DNA of 64,000 bases from NCBI RefSeq assembly GCF_055900595.2, contig NZ_CM148325.1, one strand, 5' to 3'. Positions 39,682-52,837 of the stretch are shown here, piece by piece (the stretch's first letter is position 1; each line of letters begins with the position of its first letter). The notes beneath the pieces were generated by a model. The model searched no databases. It had not been told where the DNA came from and saw only the letters and a list, made by a program, of their open reading frames with translations. The position numbers were made by a program, and so were the translations under genes.

Positions 39682-40746
39682 ATGAAAAACGCCACATGCT
39701 TAACTGACGATCAACGCTGGCAATCTGTCTTAGCCCGCGACCCGAACGCCGACGGCGAATTCGTTTTCGCCGTGCGCACCACGGGTATTTTTTGCCGTCC
39801 GTCTTGCCGAGCCAGACATGCCTTGCGGGAAAATGTCTCCTTCTACGCAAATGCCAGCGAGGCACTCGCCGCCGGATTTCGCCCCTGCAAACGTTGTCAG
39901 CCAGACAAAGCCAATCCCCGGCAACATCGCCTTGATAAAATTACCCACGCCTGCCGACTGCTGGAACAGGAAACGCCTGTAACGCTGGAAGCCTTAGCCG
40001 ACCAGGTGGCGATGAGTCCGTTCCATCTGCATCGGTTGTTTAAAGCGACTACCGGAATGACGCCTAAAGCCTGGCAACAGGCCTGGCGCGCTCGCCGTTT
40101 GCGTGAATCGCTGGCGAAAGGGGAGAGCGTGACGACGTCTATTCTTAACGCCGGATTCCCCGACAGCAGCAGTTACTACCGCAAAGCTGACGAAACGCTG
40201 GGCATGACGGCTAAACAATTCCGTCATGGTGGCGAAAATCTGGCGGTGCGTTACGCGCTGGCTGATTGTGAGCTGGGCCGTTGCCTGGTGGCAGAAAGCG
40301 AGCGGGGGATTTGCGCGATATTGCTGGGCGATGATGACGCGACGCTAATCAGCGAGTTGCAGCAGATGTTTCCCGCTGCCGACAACGCGCCTGCCGATCT
40401 GACGTTTCAGCAACATGTGCGTGAAGTGATCGCCAGTCTCAATCAACGCGATACGCCGCTGACGTTACCGCTGGACATTCGCGGCACTGCTTTTCAGCAA
40501 CAAGTCTGGCAGGCACTGCGCACGATACCTTGTGGTGAAACCGTCAGTTATCAGCAACTGGCGAACGCCATCGGCAAACCGAAAGCGGTACGGGCCGTTG
40601 CCAGCGCCTGTGCAGCCAACAAGCTCGCTATCGTAATACCCTGTCATCGGGTAGTCCATGGTGATGGCACACTTTCCGGTTACCGCTGGGGCGTGTCGCG
40701 CAAAGCGCAACTGCTGCGCCGTGAAGCTGAAAATGAGGAGAGGTAA
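39682..40746 (+). CDS. ada: Ada bifunctional transcriptional regulator / O6-methylguanine-DNA methyltransferase
   Basis: 354-aa ORF; N-terminal Cys4 zinc methyl-acceptor domain (CRPSCRA...CKRC), AraC-type HTH, C-terminal PCHRV active site. Confidence 0.95.
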   Translation: MKNATCLTDDQRWQSVLARDPNADGEFVFAVRTTGIFCRPSCRARHALRENVSFYANASEALAAGFRPCKRCQPDKANPRQHRLDKITHACRLLEQETPVTLEALADQVAMSPFHLHRLFKATTGMTPKAWQQAWRARRLRESLAKGESVTTSILNAGFPDSSSYYRKADETLGMTAKQFRHGGENLAVRYALADCELGRCLVAESERGICAILLGDDDATLISELQQMFPAADNAPADLTFQQHVREVIASLNQRDTPLTLPLDIRGTAFQQQVWQALRTIPCGETVSYQQLANAIGKPKAVRAVASACAANKLAIVIPCHRVVHGDGTLSGYRWGVSRKAQLLRREAENEER

Positions 40747-41396
40747 TGTTGGATCTGTTTGCCGATGCTGAACCGTGGCAAGAGCCACTGGCGGCTGGTG
40801 CGGTGATTTTGCACCGTTTTGCTTTTAACGCTGCGGAGCAACTGATCCGCGATATTAATGACGTTGCCAGCCAGTCGCCGTTTCGCCAGATGGTCACTCC
40901 AGGCGGATATACCATGTCGGTGGCGATGACCAACTGTGGGCATCTGGGCTGGACGACCAATCGGCAAGGTTATCTCTATTCGCCCATTGATCCGCAAACA
41001 AATAAACCGTGGCCCGCCATGCCGCAGAGTTTTCATAATTTATGTCAACGTGCGGCTACGGCGGCGGGCTATCCAGATTTCCAACCTGATGCTTGCCTCA
41101 TCAACCGCTACGCTCCTGGCGCGAAACTGTCGCTGCATCAGGATAAAGACGAACAGGATCTGCGTGCGCCAATAGTTTCTGTTTCTCTGGGCTTACCCGC
41201 GATTTTTCAATTTGGTGGCCTGAAACGAAATGATCCGCTCAAACGTTTATTGCTGGAACATGGCGATGTGGTGGTATGGGGCGGTGAATCGCGGCTGTTT
41301 TATCACGGCATTCAACCGTTGAAAGCGGGCTTTCATCCACTCACCGCCGACTGCCGCTACAACCTGACATTCCGTCAGGCAGGTAAAAAAGAATAA
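40746..41396 (+). CDS. alkB: AlkB Fe(II)/2-oxoglutarate-dependent DNA/RNA demethylase
   Basis: 216-aa ORF MLDLFADAEPWQEPLAAGAVILHRFA...; HxD...H motif (LHQDKDE); start overlaps the ada stop (TAATG). Confidence 0.95.
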   Translation: MLDLFADAEPWQEPLAAGAVILHRFAFNAAEQLIRDINDVASQSPFRQMVTPGGYTMSVAMTNCGHLGWTTNRQGYLYSPIDPQTNKPWPAMPQSFHNLCQRAATAAGYPDFQPDACLINRYAPGAKLSLHQDKDEQDLRAPIVSVSLGLPAIFQFGGLKRNDPLKRLLLEHGDVVVWGGESRLFYHGIQPLKAGFHPLTADCRYNLTFRQAGKKE

Positions 41397-41471
41397 AAAT
41401 AAGAATTATTATTGCTGTGCGCGCGGAGATGTTTAAACTGCGGGCTGTAATTCATTGTCCGGGTTTTTTGC

Positions 41472-43115
41472 ATGGAACTTCTTGTACTTGTCTGGCGGCA
41501 GTATCGCTGGCCATTTATCAGTGTGATGGCGCTAAGCCTCGCCAGTGCGGCATTAGGCATTGGCTTAATTGCTTTTATCAATCAGCGCCTTATCGAAACG
41601 GCGGATACCAGTCTGCTGGTGTTGCCGGAGTTTCTCGGTTTATTGCTGCTGCTAATGGCGGTGACGCTAGGTTCGCAACTGGCGCTCACCACTCTGGGGC
41701 ATCATTTCGTTTACCGACTGCGTAGCGAATTTATCAAGCGGATACTGGATACTCACGTCGAGCGTATCGAACAACTTGGTAGCGCCTCGTTGCTGGCGGG
41801 GTTAACCAGCGATGTGCGCAATATCACTATTGCGTTTGTTCGTCTGCCAGAACTGGTGCAGGGGATCATTCTCACTATCGGTTCGGCGGCGTATCTGTGG
41901 ATGCTGTCGGGCAAGATGTTGCTGGTAACGGCTATCTGGATGGCGGTCACCATCTGGGGCGGTTTTGTACTGGTGGCGCGGGTTTACAAACATATGGCGA
42001 CCCTGCGTGAAACCGAAGACAAGCTGTACACGGACTTTCAAACCGTGTTGGAAGGGCGCAAAGAACTGACTCTGAACCGTGAACGCGCCGAGTATGTGTT
42101 TAACAACCTCTACATTCCTGATGCGCAAGAGTATCGCCATCATATCATCCGCGCAGACACCTTCCATCTTAGTGCTGTGAACTGGTCAAACATCATGATG
42201 CTGGGCGCAATCGGCCTGGTGTTCTGGATGGCGAACAGTCTCGGTTGGGCTGATACCAACGTTGCCGCGACCTATTCGCTAACGCTGTTATTTCTGCGTA
42301 CGCCGCTGCTTTCGGCGGTTGGTGCGTTGCCGACGCTGCTGACGGCGCAGGTAGCGTTTAACAAGCTGAATAAATTCGCGCTCGCACCTTTCAAAGCTGA
42401 GTTTCCGCGTCCGCAGACGTTTCTCAACTGGCAAACGCTGGAGCTGCGCAATGTTACGTTTGCTTATCAGGATAACGCGTTTTCCGTTGGGCCGATTAAC
42501 CTCACCATTAAACGTGGCGAACTGCTGTTTCTGATTGGCGGCAACGGTAGCGGAAAATCGACACTGGCGATGTTGCTGACGGGCTTGTATCAACCACAAA
42601 GCGGCGAAATTTTGCTGGATGGCAAACCTGTCAGCGGCGAACAACCGGAAGATTATCGCAAACTGTTTTCGGCAGTGTTTACCGATGTCTGGTTGTTTGA
42701 TCAACTGCTGGGGCCGGAGGGGAAACCTGCTAACCCGCAACTGGTTGAGAAGTGGCTGGCGCAGCTGAAAATGGCTCATAAGCTTGAGTTAAGCAACGGG
42801 CGTATTGTTAACCTGAAGTTATCAAAAGGGCAGAAAAAACGCGTCGCGCTGTTGCTGGCGCTGGCAGAAGAACGCGATATTATCCTGTTGGATGAATGGG
42901 CGGCGGATCAGGACCCACACTTCCGTCGTGAGTTTTATCAGGTGCTGCTGCCGCTGATGCAGGAGATGGGTAAAACGATTTTCGCCATCAGTCATGATGA
43001 TCATTACTTTATCCACGCTGACCGCCTGCTGGAAATGCGCAACGGGCTACTTAGCGAGCTGACAGGTGAAGAGCGCGATGCTGCTTCGCGTGATGCCGTT
43101 GCCCGGACGGCGTAA
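41472..43115 (+). CDS. yojI: ABC transporter ATP-binding/permease protein YojI (microcin J25 efflux)
   Basis: 547-aa ORF with N-terminal TM domain and C-terminal NBD (Walker [10 protein letters not shown]; signature [11 protein letters not shown]; Walker B ILLLDEWAA). Confidence 0.9.
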   Translation: MELLVLVWRQYRWPFISVMALSLASAALGIGLIAFINQRLIETADTSLLVLPEFLGLLLLLMAVTLGSQLALTTLGHHFVYRLRSEFIKRILDTHVERIEQLGSASLLAGLTSDVRNITIAFVRLPELVQGIILTIGSAAYLWMLSGKMLLVTAIWMAVTIWGGFVLVARVYKHMATLRETEDKLYTDFQTVLEGRKELTLNRERAEYVFNNLYIPDAQEYRHHIIRADTFHLSAVNWSNIMMLGAIGLVFWMANSLGWADTNVAATYSLTLLFLRTPLLSAVGALPTLLTAQVAFNKLNKFALAPFKAEFPRPQTFLNWQTLELRNVTFAYQDNAFSVGPINLTIKRGELLFLIGGNGSGKSTLAMLLTGLYQPQSGEILLDGKPVSGEQPEDYRKLFSAVFTDVWLFDQLLGPEGKPANPQLVEKWLAQLKMAHKLELSNGRIVNLKLSKGQKKRVALLLALAEERDIILLDEWAADQDPHFRREFYQVLLPLMQEMGKTIFAISHDDHYFIHADRLLEMRNGLLSELTGEERDAASRDAVARTA

Positions 43116-43320
43116 TATTTCGACGCTGACCTGGCGGACTGCTGCCGCCAGGTCAATATTCTAAATAACCCTTCGTTTCTAATAACCCTATAATTAATCA
43201 ACGAAATTATAATGTTTCTAAAATTGGAATATAATTTATAAACATTATTTAAATGTTGTTACTTAAGTGTTACCGTTGATGCCGCGCAAATCTCACCTGC
43301 AATAAAGCGACTAAAAGTAA

Positions 43321-44979
<1,659 letters not shown>

Positions 44980-44994
44980 TGATGTGCCACATCC

Positions 44995-45460
44995 GGCATG
45001 GTATGCCGGATGTGGCGTATGCTGATAAGACGCGCCAGCGTCGCATCAGTCAACCGGCTCGGGCGTTAGATCGGATGCGGCGTAACCGCCTTATCCGACC
45101 TACGGGGTGGAGCACTTCACAGCGGTGTAGGCCTGATAAGACGCGCCAGCGTCGCATCAGGCTACCGGCTTGGGCGTTAGATGTCGGATGCGGCGTGACC
45201 GCCTTATCCGACCTACGGGGTGGAGCACTTCACAGCGGTGTAGGCCTGATAAGACGCGCCAGCGTCGCATCAGGCAACCGGCTCGGGCGTTAGATGTCGG
45301 ATGCGGCGTGACCGCCTTATCCGACCTACGGGGTGGAGCACTTCACAGCGGTGTAGGCCTGATAAGATGCGTCAGCGTCGCATCAGTCAACCGGCTTGGG
45401 CGTTAGATGTCGGATGCGGCGTGACCGCCTTATCCGACCTACGGGGTGCCACACTTCACG
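44995..45460. repeat. Tandem BIME/REP array (about four copies of an approximately 110-bp unit)
   Basis: gcgccagcgtcgcatcag recurs at about 45040, 45150, 45260 and 45370, each paired with gatgcggcgt(a/g)accgccttatccgacctacggggtggagcacttcacagcggtgtaggcctgataagacgcgcc; these generate the overlapping Arg-rich artefact ORFs at 44979-45774. Confidence 0.7.
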
Positions 45461-45465
45461 GCAGT

Positions 45466-45954
45466 TTAGCGGACTACCGCGTTGTCAATTTTCTCTTCCG
45501 CCTTCCAGATGCGGTATTTCACATCTACATTGTCTGGCGTATACACCACGATCGGCAGCTTGCTGTTGTAACGCAGCATTCCAGCATCGCCCAGATACGC
45601 GGTGACAAATTTCTTCTCTTTCTTGCCATCCGGGCAGGCCATCATCGTGGAAACCGGCGAGCTAACTTTATCAAAGACGTAATAATCATAGCCCCAGCCT
45701 TCCAGCGTTTTGCTTTCCAGCTTCCCGCCGAGACGATGCAAATTGCAATCGACTTCCAGCGTCTGACCGATTAACAGTTCTACTTTCAGGGTAGATTCAT
45801 CTTCTTGCGGGGTTAACTGAATCACCTGACGCTTCATGCCTTTTTCAGCTTGCGGATAAGGCGCGATTTTTTCCAGTGGCTGGACGCTCTCTGCCGCCCA
45901 GGCGGAAGTGGTAGCGAAAGCGGCAAACAATACTGCAGGTAGAATGGTCTTCAT
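45466..45954 (-). CDS. eco: Ecotin, periplasmic serine-protease inhibitor
   Basis: 162-aa ORF with signal peptide [20 protein letters not shown]; recognised ecotin. Confidence 0.93.
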   Translation of the reverse strand: MKTILPAVLFAAFATTSAWAAESVQPLEKIAPYPQAEKGMKRQVIQLTPQEDESTLKVELLIGQTLEVDCNLHRLGGKLESKTLEGWGYDYYVFDKVSSPVSTMMACPDGKKEKKFVTAYLGDAGMLRYNSKLPIVVYTPDNVDVKYRIWKAEEKIDNAVVR

Positions 45955-46231
45955 TGTTGTATTCCCTTCGTCATTTATAGGTTTTCACCGATGATGTCGC
46001 TGAAGGTTAACATATTCATCAGATTTATTAATTTGCTTTATGAATAACTAAAAGAACATTCAGACAATTTTACCTTCTCTTTTAGTGTTAAATTCTGAGG
46101 AGTGGTAAAGCCTTGAGAAATATCTCTGGCGAATTAATCGCTATATAAATATGTTTATAACCATTTGAAATGTGAGCAAAAGCCCGTTTTTGCCACTCTT
46201 CCCACCACTCTTTTGATCCTGCTACAGGTTT

Positions 46232-46247
46232 TACCCCGATCGGGGTA
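46232..46247. promoter_or_regulatory. NarP/NarL 7-2-7 binding site in the napF promoter
   Basis: TACCCCGATCGGGGTA, a perfect inverted repeat of the NarL/NarP heptamer (TACYYMT-like) about 115 nt upstream of napF; a weak FNR-like half-site (ttgat) lies just upstream at about 46213. Confidence 0.55.
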
Positions 46248-46360
46248 TGCATCTTTGACACAACCTTTAATATCTTAGCGGCTATAAAAATAGCTTATTA
46301 GTTGTGTGGTTTATTTGGTCGCTCTCAATTTTCAGAGCGCGTTAATGATGGAAGGTCAAT

Positions 46361-46855
46361 GTGAAGATTGATGCATCCCGTCGGGGCATACTCACTGGTC
46401 GCTGGCGCAAAGCCAGTAACGGTATCCGTCCGCCCTGGTCCGGTGATGAATCTCATTTTCTGACCCATTGCACCCGCTGTGACGCCTGTATTAATGCTTG
46501 TGAAAACAACATTCTGCAACGCGGCGCGGGGGGCTATCCGAGCGTTAATTTCAAAAATAACGAGTGCAGCTTCTGTTATGCCTGCGCGCAAGCTTGCCCC
46601 GAATCGCTATTTTCTCCGCGCCACACCAGGGCCTGGGATTTGCAGTTCACCATTGGGGACGCGTGCCTGGCGTATCAGTCAGTTGAATGCCGCCGCTGTC
46701 AGGATAGCTGTGAGCCAATGGCAATTATCTTTCGCCCGACGCTCTCCGGGATCTACCAGCCGCAACTTAATAGCCAACTTTGCAACGGATGTGGAGCATG
46801 TGCAGCCAGCTGTCCGGTATCAGCCATAACTGCGGAGTATCTCCATGCACACTAA
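46361..46855 (+). CDS. napF: NapF, ferredoxin-type iron-sulfur protein of periplasmic nitrate reductase
   Basis: 164-aa ORF (GTG start) with multiple CxxCxxCxxxCP 4Fe-4S motifs. Confidence 0.93.
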   Translation: MKIDASRRGILTGRWRKASNGIRPPWSGDESHFLTHCTRCDACINACENNILQRGAGGYPSVNFKNNECSFCYACAQACPESLFSPRHTRAWDLQFTIGDACLAYQSVECRRCQDSCEPMAIIFRPTLSGIYQPQLNSQLCNGCGACAASCPVSAITAEYLHAH

Positions 46856-47108
46856 CTGGCAAGTTTGCAGCCTGGTCGTGCAGGCCAAAAGCGAACGAAT
46901 TTCAGACATCAGCACCCAACTGAACGCCTTTCCCGGCTGTGAAGTCGCTGTCAGCGACGCGCCGAGCGGTCAGTTGATTGTGGTGGTGGAAGCAGAAGAC
47001 AGCGAAACGCTGATCCAAACCATTGAGTCAGTACGCAACGTAGAGGGCGTGCTGGCGGTGTCGCTGGTTTATCACCAGCAGGAAGAGCAAGGTGAGGAAA
47101 CACCATGA
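46845..47108 (+). CDS. napD: NapD, NapA signal-peptide-binding chaperone
   Basis: 87-aa ORF overlapping napF by 11 nt and napA by ATGA. Confidence 0.9.
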   Translation: MHTNWQVCSLVVQAKSERISDISTQLNAFPGCEVAVSDAPSGQLIVVVEAEDSETLIQTIESVRNVEGVLAVSLVYHQQEEQGEETP

Positions 47109-49591
47109 AACTCAGTCGTCGTAGCTTTATGAAAGCTAACGCCGTTGCGGCCGCTGCGGCGGCTGCCGGTCTCAGCGTGCCGGGCGTTGCCCGCGCCGTT
47201 GTTGGTCAGCAGGAAGCCATTAAATGGGATAAAGCACCATGCCGTTTCTGCGGTACTGGTTGTGGCGTTCTGGTCGGAACGCAGCAGGGGCGTGTGGTGG
47301 CCTGTCAGGGCGACCCGGACGCACCGGTTAACCGTGGTCTGAACTGCATTAAGGGCTATTTCCTGCCCAAAATCATGTACGGTAAAGACCGTTTGACGCA
47401 GCCGCTTCTGCGTATGAAAAACGGTAAATATGACAAAGAAGGCGAGTTCACCCCAATCACCTGGGATCAAGCCTTCGATGTGATGGAAGAAAAATTCAAA
47501 ACTGCCCTGAAAGAAAAAGGGCCGGAATCGATCGGTATGTTCGGTTCTGGTCAGTGGACTATCTGGGAAGGTTATGCCGCGTCCAAGCTGTTCAAAGCGG
47601 GCTTCCGTTCGAACAACATCGACCCGAACGCGCGTCACTGTATGGCGTCGGCGGTAGTTGGCTTTATGCGTACCTTTGGTATGGATGAGCCGATGGGCTG
47701 CTATGACGACATCGAACAGGCTGACGCGTTTGTGCTGTGGGGCGCTAACATGGCGGAGATGCACCCGATTCTCTGGTCGCGCATCACCAACCGTCGTCTC
47801 TCTAACCAGAACGTCACCGTGGCGGTGCTTTCTACCTACCAGCATCGTAGCTTCGAGCTGGCGGATAACGGCATCATCTTTACGCCACAGTCTGACCTGG
47901 TGATCCTGAACTACATCGCCAACTATATCATTCAAAACAACGCGATAAATCAGGACTTCTTTAGCAAACACGTTAACCTGCGCAAAGGGGCGACGGACAT
48001 CGGCTACGGTTTACGTCCGACCCATCCGCTGGAAAAAGCAGCAAAGAATCCAGGTTCTGACGCTTCCGAGCCGATGAACTTTGAAGATTACAAAGCCTTC
48101 GTTGCCGAGTATACGCTGGAAAAAACCGCTGAAATGACCGGCGTGCCGAAAGACCAGCTAGAACAACTGGCGCAGCTGTATGCCGATCCGAACAAGAAAG
48201 TCATCTCCTACTGGACGATGGGCTTTAACCAGCATACCCGTGGCGTGTGGGCCAACAACCTGGTCTACAACCTGCACCTGCTGACTGGCAAAATTTCTCA
48301 GCCGGGTTGCGGTCCGTTCTCCCTGACCGGGCAGCCTTCTGCGTGCGGTACTGCGCGTGAAGTCGGCACCTTTGCTCACCGTCTGCCTGCGGACATGGTG
48401 GTGACTAACGAGAAACACCGTGATATCTGCGAGAAGAAGTGGAATATCCCGAGCGGCACCATTCCGGCGAAAATCGGCCTGCACGCGGTGGCACAGGACC
48501 GTGCGCTGAAAGACGGCAAACTGAATGTTTACTGGACCATGTGTACCAACAACATGCAAGCCGGGCCGAACATTAATGAAGAGCGTATGCCGGGCTGGCG
48601 CGATCCGCGCAACTTTATCATCGTTTCCGATCCGTATCCGACAGTCAGTGCGCTGGCAGCCGACTTGATCCTGCCGACCGCAATGTGGGTAGAAAAAGAG
48701 GGTGCTTACGGTAACGCCGAACGCCGTACTCAATTCTGGCGTCAGCAGGTACAGGCACCGGGCGAAGCGAAATCGGATCTCTGGCAGTTAGTTCAGTTCT
48801 CCCGCCGCTTCAAAACTGAAGAAGTGTGGCCGGAAGAGTTGCTGGCGAAGAAACCGGAACTGCGTGGCAAAACGCTGTATGAGGTTCTGTATGCCACCCC
48901 GGAAGTGAGCAAATTCCCGGTATCCGAACTGGCAGAAGATCAGTTGAACGATGAATCCCGCGAGCTGGGCTTCTATCTGCAAAAAGGGCTGTTCGAAGAG
49001 TATGCATGGTTTGGTCGCGGTCACGGTCACGATCTCGCGCCGTTCGATGACTACCACAAAGCACGCGGTCTGCGCTGGCCGGTGGTGAACGGTAAAGAAA
49101 CGCAGTGGCGTTATAGCGAAGGTAACGACCCATACGTGAAAGCGGGCGAAGGCTACAAGTTCTACGGTAAACCGGATGGCAAAGCGGTGATCTTCGCACT
49201 GCCGTTCGAACCAGCGGCGGAAGCACCGGATGAAGAGTACGATCTGTGGCTCTCTACCGGGCGTGTCCTGGAGCACTGGCACACCGGCAGTATGACTCGC
49301 CGTGTACCGGAACTGCACCGTGCCTTCCCGGAAGCGGTCCTGTTTATTCATCCGCTGGATGCGAAAGCGCGCGATCTGCGTCGTGGCGACAAAGTGAAAG
49401 TGGTTTCTCGCCGTGGCGAAGTCATCTCGATTGTTGAAACGCGCGGTCGTAACCGTCCGCCGCAGGGCCTGGTGTATATGCCGTTCTTCGACGCCGCACA
49501 GCTGGTTAACAAACTGACGCTGGATGCGACCGATCCGCTCTCGAAAGAGACGGACTTCAAGAAGTGTGCGGTCAAACTGGAGAAGGTGTAA
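47105..49591 (+). CDS. napA: Periplasmic nitrate reductase catalytic subunit NapA (molybdopterin, Tat-exported)
   Basis: 828-aa ORF with twin-arginine signal [31 protein letters not shown] and 4Fe-4S motif CRFCGTGC. Confidence 0.97.
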   Translation: MKLSRRSFMKANAVAAAAAAAGLSVPGVARAVVGQQEAIKWDKAPCRFCGTGCGVLVGTQQGRVVACQGDPDAPVNRGLNCIKGYFLPKIMYGKDRLTQPLLRMKNGKYDKEGEFTPITWDQAFDVMEEKFKTALKEKGPESIGMFGSGQWTIWEGYAASKLFKAGFRSNNIDPNARHCMASAVVGFMRTFGMDEPMGCYDDIEQADAFVLWGANMAEMHPILWSRITNRRLSNQNVTVAVLSTYQHRSFELADNGIIFTPQSDLVILNYIANYIIQNNAINQDFFSKHVNLRKGATDIGYGLRPTHPLEKAAKNPGSDASEPMNFEDYKAFVAEYTLEKTAEMTGVPKDQLEQLAQLYADPNKKVISYWTMGFNQHTRGVWANNLVYNLHLLTGKISQPGCGPFSLTGQPSACGTAREVGTFAHRLPADMVVTNEKHRDICEKKWNIPSGTIPAKIGLHAVAQDRALKDGKLNVYWTMCTNNMQAGPNINEERMPGWRDPRNFIIVSDPYPTVSALAADLILPTAMWVEKEGAYGNAERRTQFWRQQVQAPGEAKSDLWQLVQFSRRFKTEEVWPEELLAKKPELRGKTLYEVLYATPEVSKFPVSELAEDQLNDESRELGFYLQKGLFEEYAWFGRGHGHDLAPFDDYHKARGLRWPVVNGKETQWRYSEGNDPYVKAGEGYKFYGKPDGKAVIFALPFEPAAEAPDEEYDLWLSTGRVLEHWHTGSMTRRVPELHRAFPEAVLFIHPLDAKARDLRRGDKVKVVSRRGEVISIVETRGRNRPPQGLVYMPFFDAAQLVNKLTLDATDPLSKETDFKKCAVKLEKV

Positions 49592-49597
49592 GCCATT

Positions 49598-50293
49598 ATG
49601 TCCCGGTCAGCGAAACCTCAAAATGGTCGCCGCCGCTTTCTGCGCGATGTCGTTCGCACAGCTGGCGGGCTGGCTGCCGTGGGTGTGGCGCTGGGGTTAC
49701 AACAGCAAACCGCACGCGCATCTGGTGTGCGGTTGCGCCCGCCCGGAGCCATAAACGAGAACGCCTTTGCCAGTGCCTGTGTACGTTGCGGTCAGTGTGT
49801 TCAGGCTTGCCCTTACGACACCTTAAAACTGGCGACACTGGCCTCTGGCCTGTCGGCGGGCACGCCATATTTTGTTGCACGGGATATTCCTTGCGAAATG
49901 TGTGAGGACATTCCGTGCGCCAAAGTGTGCCCGAGCGGTGCGCTGGATCGAGAGATCGAATCGATCGACGACGCGCGGATGGGGCTGGCGGTGCTGGTGG
50001 ATCAGGAGAACTGCCTCAACTTTCAGGGGCTGCGCTGCGATGTTTGCTATCGCGAATGCCCGAAAATTGATGAGGCAATCACCCTGGAGCTGGAGCGTAA
50101 CACGCGTACCGGTAAGCACGCCCGTTTTCTGCCGACGGTTCACAGCGACGCCTGTACCGGCTGCGGTAAGTGCGAAAAAGTGTGCGTGCTGGAACAACCC
50201 GCAATCAAGGTGTTACCGCTGTCACTGGCGAAAGGGGAGTTAGGTCACCATTACCGCTTCGGCTGGCTGGAGGGGAACAATGGCAAATCGTAA
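49598..50293 (+). CDS. napG: NapG, periplasmic ferredoxin-type protein (quinol dehydrogenase component)
   Basis: 231-aa ORF with Tat motif RRRFLRD and four Cys clusters. Confidence 0.93.
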
Positions 50294-51143
50294 ACGTGAC
50301 GCCGGGCGCGAGGCGCTGGAGAAAAAAGGCTGGTGGCGCAGTCACCGTTGGTTAGTGTTACGTCGCCTTTGTCAGTTCTTCGTGCTGGGGATGTTTTTGA
50401 GCGGCCCGTGGTTTGGTGTGTGGATCTTGCACGGCAACTACAGCAGTAGCTTGTTATTCGACACCGTTCCACTGACCGATCCGCTGATGACGTTGCAAAG
50501 TCTTGCCAGCGGTCATCTGCCTGCCACGGTGGCGCTGACCGGTGCGGTGATTATCACCGTGCTCTACGCCCTGGCAGGAAAGCGATTATTTTGCAGCTGG
50601 GTCTGCCCGCTGAACCCGATTACCGATTTAGCAAACTGGTTACGCAGACGATTTGACCTCAATCAGTCTGCGACGATCCCTCGCCACATTCGCTACGTGC
50701 TGTTGGTGATCATTCTGGTGGGATCGGCCTTAACTGGCACGCTCATCTGGGAATGGATCAACCCCGTTTCCCTGATGGGGCGTAGCCTGGTAATGGGCTT
50801 CGGCAGCGGCGTGCTGCTTATTCTCGCGCTGTTTTTATTTGATCTACTGGTCGTTGAACACGGCTGGTGCGGGCACATTTGTCCGGTTGGTGCACTGTAT
50901 GGCGTGCTGGGTAGTAAAGGTGTGATTACCGTTGCGGCCACCGATCGGCAGAAATGTAACCGCTGTATGGATTGTTTTCATGTTTGCCCGGAACCGCATG
51001 TTCTACGTGCCCCGGTGCTGGATGAACAAAGCCCGGTGCAGGTCACCAGCCGCGATTGCATGACGTGCGGTCGCTGCGTGGATGTCTGTTCTGAGGATGT
51101 ATTTACAATAACTACACGATGGAGTTCGGGAGCGAAATCATGA
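50280..51143 (+). CDS. napH: NapH, membrane-bound ferredoxin-type protein
   Basis: 287-aa ORF with TM helices and C-terminal CxxCxxC motifs. Confidence 0.93.
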
Positions 51144-51589
51144 AAAGCCATGACCTGAAGAAAGCGCTGTGTCAATGGACGGCGATGCTGGCCCTGGTGG
51201 TAAGCGGCGCGGTTTGGGCGGCTAATGGCGTCGATTTTAGCCAGTCGCCGGAAGTATCCGGGACGCAGGAAGGGGCCATTCGGATGCCAAAAGAGCAGGA
51301 TCGGATGCCGCTGAACTATGTGAATCAGCCGCCAATGATCCCGCATAGCGTTGAAGGTTATCAGGTAACGACCAATACCAACCGCTGCTTGCAGTGCCAC
51401 GGTGTCGAAAGCTATCGCACCACTGGCGCGCCGCGCATTAGTCCTACTCACTTTATGGACAGCGACGGCAAAGTGGGCGCAGAAGTGGCTCCGCGTCGTT
51501 ATTTCTGTCTGCAATGTCACGTACCGCAGGCTGATACCGCGCCAATCGTGGGGAATACCTTTACCCCATCAAAAGGTTACGGGAAATAA
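51140..51589 (+). CDS. napB: NapB, diheme cytochrome c subunit of periplasmic nitrate reductase
   Basis: Start trimmed to [13 protein letters not shown] (149 aa); two CxxCH heme motifs (CLQCH). Confidence 0.93.
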   Translation: MKSHDLKKALCQWTAMLALVVSGAVWAANGVDFSQSPEVSGTQEGAIRMPKEQDRMPLNYVNQPPMIPHSVEGYQVTTNTNRCLQCHGVESYRTTGAPRISPTHFMDSDGKVGAEVAPRRYFCLQCHVPQADTAPIVGNTFTPSKGYGK

Positions 51590-51598
51590 GAGGTTATT

Positions 51599-52201
51599 AT
51601 GGGAAATTCTGACCGTAAGCCTGGTCTGATTAAGCGCCTGTGGAAATGGTGGCGTACCCCCAGCCGTCTGGCGCTAGGGACGCTGCTGTTGATCGGTTTT
51701 GTCGGCGGCATCGTTTTCTGGGGCGGCTTTAACACCGGGATGGAAAAAGCCAATACCGAAGAGTTCTGCATTAGCTGCCACGAAATGCGTAACACGGTGT
51801 ATCAGGAATACATGGATTCCGTGCACTACAACAACCGTAGCGGCGTCCGTGCGACCTGTCCGGATTGTCACGTTCCGCACGAGTTTGTGCCGAAGATGAT
51901 ACGCAAGCTCAAAGCAAGTAAAGAGCTGTATGGTAAAATTTTTGGCGTTATTGACACGCCGCAGAAATTTGAAGCTCATCGCCTGACGATGGCACAGAAT
52001 GAGTGGCGGCGCATGAAGGACAATAACTCGCAGGAGTGTCGTAACTGTCACAACTTCGAGTATATGGATACAACCGCCCAGAAATCAGTTGCCGCTAAGA
52101 TGCACGACCAGGCGGTGAAAGATGGGCAAACCTGTATTGATTGCCATAAAGGGATAGCGCACAAGCTGCCCGATATGCGCGAAGTCGAGCCAGGTTTTTA
52201 A
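51599..52201 (+). CDS. napC: NapC, membrane-anchored tetraheme cytochrome c (NapC/NirT family)
   Basis: 200-aa ORF with four CxxCH motifs (CISCH, CPDCH, CRNCH, CIDCH). Confidence 0.95.
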   Translation: MGNSDRKPGLIKRLWKWWRTPSRLALGTLLLIGFVGGIVFWGGFNTGMEKANTEEFCISCHEMRNTVYQEYMDSVHYNNRSGVRATCPDCHVPHEFVPKMIRKLKASKELYGKIFGVIDTPQKFEAHRLTMAQNEWRRMKDNNSQECRNCHNFEYMDTTAQKSVAAKMHDQAVKDGQTCIDCHKGIAHKLPDMREVEPGF

Positions 52202-52213
52202 CAGGGTTATTGC

Positions 52214-52837
52214 GTGGGTATGCTTGAAGCCAGAGAGTTACTTTGCGAGCGGGATGAACGAACCTTATTTAGTGGCTTGTCATTTACGCTGAACGCAGGC
52301 GAGTGGGTACAAATCACCGGTAGCAACGGCGCGGGGAAGACAACGCTTCTCCGTTTGCTGACGGGGTTGTCTCGCCCTGACGCAGGCGAGGTTCTCTGGC
52401 AAGGGCAGCCCTTGCATCAGGTACGCGACAGCTACCATCAAAACCTGTTATGGATAGGCCATCAGCCGGGGATCAAAACCCGGCTGACGGCGTTAGAAAA
52501 TCTGCACTTTTATCATCGCGATGGCGATACCGCACAATGTCTGGAAGCCCTGGCGCAGGCCGGGCTTGCCGGATTCGAAGATATTCCTGTAAATCAACTT
52601 TCTGCCGGGCAACAACGCCGCGTCGCTTTAGCGCGTCTGTGGCTGACCCGTGCCACGTTATGGATACTCGACGAGCCTTTTACCGCGATTGACGTTAACG
52701 GCGTCGATCGTCTGACCCAGCGTATGGCGCAGCATACGGAGCAGGGGGGGATTGTGATTCTGACTACCCACCAGCCGCTCAACGTTGCTAAAAGTAAAAT
52801 TCGCCGCATTTCACTGACGCAAACGGGGGCCGCATGA
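52214..52837 (+). CDS. ccmA: CcmA, heme-exporter ATP-binding protein (cytochrome c maturation)
   Basis: 207-aa ORF with Walker [10 protein letters not shown] and signature LSAGQQRRV. Confidence 0.93.
   Translation: MGMLEARELLCERDERTLFSGLSFTLNAGEWVQITGSNGAGKTTLLRLLTGLSRPDAGEVLWQGQPLHQVRDSYHQNLLWIGHQPGIKTRLTALENLHFYHRDGDTAQCLEALAQAGLAGFEDIPVNQLSAGQQRRVALARLWLTRATLWILDEPFTAIDVNGVDRLTQRMAQHTEQGGIVILTTHQPLNVAKSKIRRISLTQTGAA

Noticed and set aside
46205-46230. FNR binding site at napF
   Set aside because: Only a partial match (ttgat-N4-ctaca) to TTGAT-N4-ATCAA was seen by eye; I could not support a confident call without a PWM scan.
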